64,000 nucleotides of DNA. Origin: the human T2T-CHM13v2.0 reference genome, Homo sapiens. The translations under genes and the position numbers were made by a program. Below are positions 54,558-64,000 of this stretch, one piece after another. Numbering within the stretch: position 1 is the stretch's first letter; each line of letters begins with the position of its first letter. The stretch lies in the NCBI RefSeq assembly GCF_009914755.1, contig NC_060932.1. One strand, written 5' to 3'. The notes under the pieces are model-generated. The model saw only the letters and a list, made by a program, of their open reading frames with translations. It did no database searches and was not told where the DNA came from.

Positions 54558-57500
54558 CTATGAGACTTGAAATGAGCAGAAGAGTTTAAAATATCTCACC
54601 TTTTTTAAAAACTTCAAAAAAGTGGCTACTAGAAAATTAATGATACATATGTAGCTTACATAATTCTATTGAACAGTGCTGGTGTAGAGGAAGATAAAGA
54701 GACATTGACATCTTTTTTCAGTGACTGTACAATATCTCTCTATGATTCACTTACACATACACAGAGCCTACATACAAGGACACAAAGTGGCACAAAGAGG
54801 GTGACCCCAGATCATACCCCAGGCAATATAGTGGAGGTGGAAAATAACCTTTGCCCTGGAGATACACTGCCTAGGTTCCAATACCAACTGCAATGATTAT
54901 TTTTTGGATGGCCTTAAGTATACTAACTCTCTGTACCTCATTTTCCTATCTATAGAATGGTAAGAAAGAGGCTATTTAATTTTCCATTGAGACAATGTTC
55001 GATATCATTATTCTCCCCTCCATTGAGATTTAGCTCTGTGACCACCTTCCATTGAACCCAAACGTTTCATTTATGAAACACATAATTGCTCCCAACTGAT
55101 GCAATCCACAAGCATCAATTTAATTCCATTTCATGGTCTGTTATCATAACTCATAAAATATAATCTCTTTCCCTACTGACTTCCTTTCCGTTAAGTCTTA
55201 GGGAAAAGAGAAGTCAGATGAAAATGAGATGAGTTGCTGGCCAGGAAAAGTAGAGATGAAGTTTCTGATTCTCTTCTCCCAAACTCTTAATTTAAATGAT
55301 ATTTTGAGTTGGGAGAATTCCAAGCGGAAGCCAAGACAAAGTATGAAGGCAGTTTGTTTTCTAAAGTTTCATTGAGACCCAAAAGTTCATTTTTGGTAGT
55401 AGGAGTATCTGGTTGAAGACTGAACACTAGGCTGAATAGACCGATCATGGTCCAACTTGTGGTGGCATTTCTTTCATTGTCAGGCTGATGGGCTCAGGGT
55501 AGAAAGGGTCTGGTTCCTTCAAAAGCCCACACTGCCTGCTTTGCTCTATGCTACAGGAGAAAGAATGCTCCTGAGTCTTGACACCAACCCTGTTCTTCCA
55601 AGGCTGCCAATTTTCTTAGAAAATCAAAGCTCTATCCACCCCCCAACAACAACAACAACAAATAAGGAAAGTAGTAGGAATGAGAAAAAGTTATAATCTC
55701 ATCAGAATCTTCCTGCAGAAGTTCTTGACCTGCAGCTTGTCTGGGATGAAGAAGGTCAGCCAGAGACCTGGAGAATGAGCTTGGAGAGAGGAATTCTCTT
55801 GGGGTGGTTTCAGCAAGAAGAGAGTACACTCTATATAGTGAATATGTTCGGACAAATCCAGATCCACTCCCTGACACCAGAGACTAAGTAATCCACCTTG
55901 GAGACTAAAGAGACTGTTAAGAAAAATCCCATCATCACTGTTAGCAACTGTGCAGCAGTTAGAAGAATCTGGAAGAGTCTGGAAGAGATGAGCCTGGCAC
56001 TAAATATATGACCATAGGCAAGTCACTGGTTTCTCTGGGCTTACCTTTGCCTTAGTTTAAAGAAATATTAAGAAGTTTAGATAAGAAAATCTGCATAAAA
56101 TTATCCTATTAAACGCTATGATGAGTGCTGCAAAGAGAATAAAAGGCCTTGGTGATTCTGAGCAAGCAGAAATTAATGTGATGCGGAGTCACTGGAGATT
56201 CTGGGGAATGAGCTGGGTTAAACACAATAGATTTACTGGATATTTGCTAATTTTTAAATTTGTATCTTTTTATTACAATAATAATACATACTTATAAAAA
56301 CAGAGGGGAAAACAAAAAAAGAATTTCTAATCTTCCCACTTAAAAGTAGTACTTGTTAACATTTTTGAAAATTCTATACCCTATATGACTTAGTTTGGTG
56401 AAATAGAAGAGAAAATTTAGTTTTTTAATATTATTTAAACACAGATGTTTGGCTTGGGCAAGGAGGATATTTGGGTCTTGGATGGGAAATTTGGGTGAAG
56501 ATATGGTTGGAGACAAGTCATATGGATTTTGCAAAAAAGGCACCAGTAGTTTTCCCTTCTTGCTTTCTTTTTTGGAGGAAATCCATAAACTCTCAACTTC
56601 TCTGTCTCCCTTTCCTGCTTTCTGACCTTCTGATTTTATGAATTTCATAAACACATTGACATGATATGCTGTGGAAAATGTGCTCTCTTACTTGGTAAAG
56701 AGAACAGAGAGCTCGAGGGCCCTTCTGTCCCTGGTGGAGTTGTGGCACTAGAGAGTGTTGTTTGCTGTTAAATGAATTGCATGTCTGTGCTGGATTCCTG
56801 CGCCGGCTGCCTGCTGAGTTGTTAATGACAGGAAAATATTGGAGCCTTCAGATATGAACCCTGCTATACTTGTAAACTTCCATGTTGCCTTTTCTGGCTC
56901 CTGGCTTTCTGGGATCTGGGCATCCTCCAGCCCCTCATACATTTTCTATAATGGGCATTGTCATACATGATATGTGGCTAGAAATCTGTAGATTTAGATA
57001 GCTTTCTGATTCCAAATAATGAGGTCAGGTAATGGGACAGGGGAGAGAAAGATGAGTGGAGTGTATATTTGTGGCAGGTATGGGGAGAAAGAGAGAGAAC
57101 AGAGAGTCAGTGAGATAAGATGATGAGTGAGCAGCAAAGTATGAAAGGTAGAGAAAGAAAGGGAAGCATGGGAGAGGAAAAACACAGAAAGAAAATCAGA
57201 GACATAAAGAATGGACAGAGAAGAGAGAAGGAAAGAAGGAAGACAGGAGAGGAGCTTGAGAGGCAAAGAGACACAGTGAGGACAAAGAAGATAGAGACAG
57301 TCGTTACCACTTAATGAGTAATACTGGATTAGATGAAATATTCACAAAATGAAATCGGAGCTATAGACCAGTTCGGATGCCACTTCCCTGACCCCTTCTG
57401 TCTTCTGACTCAAAAGTGAATGCTTTGGAGATACACACCCTCTGTTGTCATCACATGGAAAGAGTTGATGGATGGCACCAGGAGAGGAAGCTTGTTTCTT

Positions 57501-59744
57501 TGATGGCATTTCGTTCCATTAAAAGCATTCTACTGATCTACTTGGATTATTCCTGAGTTTCTGCAAGACTGAGGAACTTTCCAGAAGGCTCTCAGCACCT
57601 TCGAGATGATCCAGATGGCTTCTCCCTCCTCTGAACTATTACTTTTGGTCAGTCTCCAAGCATTTCCTGAACCAGGGTCTTCCTTTCTTCCAGGAGACGG
57701 CTGGAAACATCCTCCTTGAGGGTAGCGGCCACCCTGTATACATCTCTTCAGAGCCCAGCGCTGGTAGGTAACAGAAACTCACAAAGTCCAAGAGACCACC
57801 ATTTGACATTTGACCTGCCCAGTGCCAACAAAAATGTTATGGGAATTCTCGTCATCTCCCTGAGCCTCTGCTTCTCATCTGTGTGCAGGTACTAATACCT
57901 AACTTGCTGATAGTACCACCTGCAAAGAGCTGTTAGAGGCCATGAGAGAGTGCTCTCCCAGGGCTTGTTATAGCATGAAGGATTTCATGCTTTCCTCTTC
58001 ACTTCCTCCCACCTCCATCTCTCCCTTGCCTCTCATCAACATGGGATGAAACTGATGCCACCTGTTGCCACTAGACCTTGCCTCCTGGGGAGTGATTTCA
58101 ATCCTGGTGATTGGAAGGTAGAGTCCTTTACTGCTCCCCCATAGTAGTTTGCCTTTGGGGAAATTGTGTGGATGTGCTGCTGTCCACACATCCCCTGACC
58201 TCTCAATCAACTTGCCTGGGGAACTTTTTGTTTTCGTACTGGACAAGTTATGTATGGGCTAAATTTATCCCTGCTTTTGCCTGGTTTCTAGAAGTATGAT
58301 ATTTCCTTAGCTCCAGAGGAGCAGAGAGGTCAATCCTTTTACTATAAAAATAACTTGAGCTGTCAATTTCCCATTATAATGATGACTTAAATGGCCTCCT
58401 TACCTTCTGACTTCCTTATTTAGTCTTTGGATCTGAGTGTCCTCATTTAAAACGGGGATAATAGCATTTACTTTCATGGGGCTATTTGAAGATCAAGTGA
58501 GGGCTTTTTAAACTGTTAAACCTATTCAAATGTTAAATATTATTGTGACAGCCTGTGCACAGTTTATTTTAGTCTGAAAGATCTGGAAATATAGAAAACA
58601 TCTCCATCTTTCTGCTGTTGAGTTCCCAGTGCCCCTGCAAAATGCCAGGTAATCAGTTAATGTTTTCTTAACAAATAACTGACCTCAGATCATCAGAGGT
58701 TTTTCATCTTTCATCTTTGCTGCCTCATACTCATTTTTTAAATCTTTTTTTCTTTTAATTAAAGCCTGTGACTGTCAATATCTGTGACTCTATCCCTCGA
58801 CCCATAATTCCCAGCCTCCATCCTAGCTTCTGGGATAGAGTTCCATGGATAATTCAGCAATTGCAGGAAAATTTGGGCCCCCAACAGTGAACAACAGAAC
58901 TCAAAAGATGCAAATACGAGGATAATGGACCACTGGAGGCTGATCCAACACAAAATACACATTACCCTGTGCTACGTTCAGGAATAGGAGGGTTCCTGTC
59001 TAGTTGCAGAAAAAGGATAAGAGGTCATATCAAAACAGCACAGTCATCTGAAAATGGAACTTATGTCTACAAAAGTTACAGGTATGACAAGCCAAGGATG
59101 GCTGGATGTAGCTTGACCTTTCCAGCATAACTCACTGTTGGTCACATCTTACTAACAGAAGCTGTATACGCTTCCAATGACACATCATTCATTTCACCTA
59201 ATCAGGGTATATGTTATACATATAGAAGGCCAGCACAATCCTGGCTGTCTCTATAGGTGTTCAGTAGAGTTGACTGATTAAATGGTTATATGCAAGAGAT
59301 TTCGTATACCCATTCCCTGTATCGCTTTTTCTCTCTAGACCTTAATACTCTCTAAATTGCCATCCATTTTTCCTATTTGTCTTGTTTATTGCATGTTTCC
59401 CCCAAGATTTGTAAGCTCCATGAAAGTAGAAATGTTTATCTTCTTGTTTGTTTCTTTTCTCTGATATATACCCAGGTTTAGAACAGTCCCTGGCACATAT
59501 TAATATGCACTAATTATTGTTTTTTATGTTTAGTTAAGCAACTAGTTTTCTACATAAGTGGTGCTTACTCCTTTATATAAAACAAAATTAAACAAAAACA
59601 TTTAGATACTTTTTAATGTAAATACCTTAGAAAATATTACATGGTTCCCTACCTTCTCAAACAGAGCTTAAATAATAATAGATAACATGTTTAACACATT
59701 TTGCTTAGTAAAAAGTGTTTTATTGAAGTCACTCATTAATCTTC

Positions 59745-59895
59745 TTAATAACCTTTTTCTAGAAATGAGGGAAATAAAGCAAAGAAAGGCTAAGAGGTTT
59801 GCCCAGAGTCCCCCAGTGATTAAATTACAAACCCAGCATTTGTGTCCAGACAACCTGGTCTCAGAGCCTGAGGGCTTAACCATCACACTATACTA
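59745..59895 (-). mobile_element. MIR SINE
   Basis: aatgagggaaataaagcaaagaaaggctaagaggtttgcccagagtc...cttaaccatcacacta. Confidence 0.65.
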
Positions 59896-60427
59896 TGTCT
59901 GAACATGAGTTAGGTTGTTCTCAAAGAGTCAATGCTTCCATTATGAAGGCAAAATCTCCTATCCCAGTGATCTCCCAAGAGATCTTGAGATGAGAGAAGC
60001 TTTTTGCCACACAGACCACAGAGTAGTGTAGTTTTCTAATTGACATTTCTTCTCCTTCATTGTCAACGTTTGTTAATTGATGTTGTGAGGACTTTCTTGA
60101 GAAGTCCTGTGGCAATGATACATCTGGTCTGCTGTATCCAACAGGAAACCACATCAAGAAGACTTTGTTTTGGTGCCCCAAGAGGATTAACCTACTAAAT
60201 CCTACTAGCAAGTTTCTGGAGAACTCTATAAATTGTAGCAAATCAATAACCTCTGAAGTGTAACCTCTACTTGGACTGCAGCCATTGAGAAGATGTTCTC
60301 TATACCTTCAAGGACAGAGGTATCTTGGTGTCAGGAGGCAAGTTACTCCTTCAAGCACTGATGTCTATGTTGCTTGTGATTCTCTGTCCTACAGCTTTGA
60401 TTGTATAATATATGCTGGGTTAATTTT

Positions 60428-60430
<3 letters not shown>

Positions 60431-60467
<37 letters not shown>
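60431..60467. repeat. (TG)n microsatellite
   Basis: Read directly. Confidence 0.97.
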
Positions 60468-60468
<1 letters not shown>

Positions 60469-63084
60469 TTAATGATTTTTGTTCTTCTATTCTCTTTGCA
60501 TTCCAAAAAAGCAGTGATATGTAAAAGCAAATCGGTGTGACACATGAATCTTATTTATAAAGCACAAGGCCCTGCCCTCACCTTGGTGAACCAGAAAAGA
60601 ATTTTCATCTTGAAGGTGTGTCAGGTCCTAAGAATTCCATAAGTATGAGTTGTTCTGGACTAAGGCAATAATGTAGATATTGAAGCGCTCAATATGGTTT
60701 CTTGACATGAATTAAAGATATTAACGTGCATGAGCTTTGTGATGGCTAAAAATGATTTGCCCTTACATCTGAGTTTGTGATTAGGGATGGTAGATGTTAG
60801 TAGAGACCTACTTCTATATAGATTATGTAAGTTTATTTGAACCAGTTTACTGTCCTGACATTATGAAGTTCATTCTCCAGCCAGTAAGTAAAAACAAAAC
60901 AAAACAAAACAAAACACATAAAATTGAGGTCAAAACAAATTTATGGCCACTTATTTCTTTCCTAAATACAGTTTTTCCCTCTTAAGACATAAATATTAAC
61001 AAGTGTGGGAAGAAATTCAATGATCATTAATATTTTCATTTGATGGAATCAAAGATCCATCCTGTAGATAACAGTTTCACCACGAATTTTGCATTAGGCA
61101 TAGTACCAAGAGCTTTACTGAATTAACTCATTTAATCCTCACAATATGAATTTAAAGCATGCATGGAACAAATGTGGACAAGTCTTTAGGAAAACTTCTC
61201 CCTTACTCTGTATCAGAGGAGCCAAACTTGGAGAAACCTGTAATTGTTGCCTCTGGCTAGGAATCTATCTCCTGATTTCTACTTTCAAACCTCCCATTCA
61301 TCAAATACTGCCTCCCCCATGATTTTCCTACAACATGCAATTTAATTTTCCTCATTTAAAATACATCCCCAAAGCCATCTCGTTTTGTTCTCCTCTGTCA
61401 TTGATCCTATTCTGTCAGACAGTGTGGTTCTCTGAGGATGTGTGATGTGCTCTTAGCAAGGACTTTGGAATCACGAGACATTGGTTTGATGTTTCTGAGG
61501 CTCACTGAGTAAGTGGTACAAAAAGCAGCATTACTTACCTCTGGGGTCTTATGAGACCTAATCAGAAAGCCTAGAGATAATACTTTGTTGACTGGGAACA
61601 TGGTTTAAAAAAAAAAAACGTATTACTGAACACATTGAAGCAAGTGCTGAGCTGAGTTCATTTTTTGTGTGTTCTAGGAAACCTTAAAAGATGCCTGGGA
61701 ACTAGCCGTCTTGCTCAATGTATGTCAAATAAATATTTTTAGGATAGAACCAGATACCTTCTTAATAGATAAACAGCTCTGAAACATCTCAAGAGCTTGT
61801 TCCCCAAGACTCAGAGGCAGGATAGGCAGATCCTTAGCAGGTGCTGGGTTCTTTGAAGCAAATGAGGCACCACATTTTCCTTTGATGGCTGGGAGGACAC
61901 AAGACAGAGGGAGATGCTTTCTTCAGCAAAGGAGAAAGTACTCTTTTTAAGAGGCTTCCTTAATGTGGCAAAATCCTTCATCATGAGGCCAGAAGACTCA
62001 ATGTCAGGCATGTGAGAGGCATGCTCTATATGGGGTAGAAGGACAACATTTGGCCAAATTTGATTCTCAAATGCAGGCATGTTTGGTGCCTCTGCACCTC
62101 TGGAAGGAAGGCTGTGTTTGTGCAGTGATGGACTAATTTCCATGGCAACAGAGTGTCTGGTGTCAGAAGAATAGAAATGAAAGCTCCATGTGCCAACACT
62201 ATATTTATGTGATGTTTATCTCATTGATTCTTACAACGCAAAGAGGGCTTGATCTCTCAGCAAGCGTGCTTTTGTCCAAATGATGCCAATGCAGAAATCA
62301 TGCCATTTCTATCAATATTTCACATCTAAAGGTTGGGTGTACTATTTTTGTCTTGTGAAGTTTTGATAGTCTCAATGGAGCCTTTAGGCTCCTTTCTACA
62401 GGTTTTGTTAGAGCTTCATGGGGTGGCACCAGGAATGGTGAAGGAGGCAGCTAGGGTCTGGGTTTTGGTTTCCTAAGAATGCAGCAATGTCACTGAGCAG
62501 CCACTTTCTGCAGGATGAGGAGAGTGAAAAAATGCACTCAAAGGACTGAATGGACCCTTAACTCCTAAGGGCCAACCAGACAGAATGTGAATGAGCAGAG
62601 AGGCTGGTCTGATCTATTGTAAGCACTCTGCTCCCTCTTGCTACAAGTGTCTTCTTGAAATTGATACCCTCCCCTCCACCCCTAAGAAAAGCTCACCTCT
62701 CAGCCTTGAGTCCCAATCTTTAATGCCTTCCAAGACTTTTCTCTCTCTCTCTTTCTCTTTTTTTTTCTTTTTTCTACTATGATCTGTGCCCTGAATACCT
62801 CAAACCAAAGACTTCACTCTTGGCTTCTTTCCTGACCCCAGGCTTCTCCACAAACCACAGAGTCCTATAGTGTTGCTTCATAGGCCCTTACCCTTTCTAA
62901 CTCATTCCTGTCTTCCCAAACCATAGGCCTGACACATCATGGGAAACCCAACCACCCCTACCTTGTTCTTTACCCCAGATACTGGGTGTCAAGCAGTCTT
63001 TCCAAAAGGAAGGTACTTTTTATCCTGTTGGTTGGCAAGCTGCCCACAGAGAGAATGTAGATGAGCACTTTTAAAAGTGAATGA

Positions 63085-63372
<288 letters not shown>

Positions 63373-63399
63373 GTAAATAAGTAGAGATTAAAATGTCCC

Positions 63400-63740
63400 C
63401 AAGTTACTGCAGTAATGGTTGTGCATATCTGTGAACAAATAAAACCCATTCAATTGTACACTTTAAGTGGGTGAATTGAATATATGGGATGTGAATTACA
63501 TCTCAATAAAGCAATTTTACAATAGATCTTATGTATGACATGGTGACTATAGCTAATAACAATGTATTGCATATTTAAAATTTGCTAAGGGACTGCAAAA
63601 AATTATAAGTATGTGAGGTAATGCATGCTGTATCTAGATTGATTTAGCCATTCCACAGTGTATATATATTTTAAAACATTATGTGTAGACCATAAATATA
63701 TGTACTTTCAACAAAGCTAAATTAAAAATAAAGCTTTTTT
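63400..63740 (+). mobile_element. Old L1M 3'UTR fragments
   Basis: tgtacactttaagtgggtgaatt...tctcaataaagc; ggtgactatagctaataacaatgtattg...gatttagccattccac. Confidence 0.7.
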
Positions 63741-64000
63741 AAAAAAGTAGGTAGACAAATACAGCCATCACATAAAACTCATGCAATAAAAATTTTAAAA
63801 TGAATGTATTTGGAGAAAATCTGAGTGGATTTAGAGAAGAATGCTGTATACACCATAGTATGGTGTAAGTGGTTTGGTGGTATGTTGTAGTATATAATAT
63901 GTGGATGTGGTATGTGAATGTGTTCATGGAAGTTTATAAAAAGTTGGTATGATGGAAAAAGCTTTGGTATTTCTCCTGACAAATCACTTCTGAGCTCCTT

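Overview
Primate (human-like) repeat-rich intronic or intergenic DNA with no recognisable host protein-coding exon; the locus could not be identified from sequence alone. Main content: (1) a full-length, inactivated L1PA3-like LINE-1 (15319-21363) with a TSD and an open antisense ORF0; (2) two 5'-inverted, twin-primed L1 fragments; (3) a deleted HERV9/LTR12 provirus (46718-54557, CTAT TSD). Its env is split by a 5-kb antisense insertion of a second ERV (HERV-W-related env, probably HERV30) with the structure of an L1-made processed pseudogene: R-U5...U3-R-polyA, 14-bp TSD, TT/AAAAA site. That insert carries a 267-bp copy of flanking host pol-env DNA. Also present: a near-perfect 5 x 80-bp tandem repeat, a 96-bp direct duplication 944 bp apart, an ~800-bp in-frame Gly/Ala (GGT/GCT) repeat, three Alus, and many MIR/L2/MaLR/MER relics and microsatellites. 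I see no evidence of a new gene system; the nested ERV retrocopy is the most unusual structure. Family and subfamily names come from remembered consensus sequences and need RepeatMasker/Dfam confirmation.
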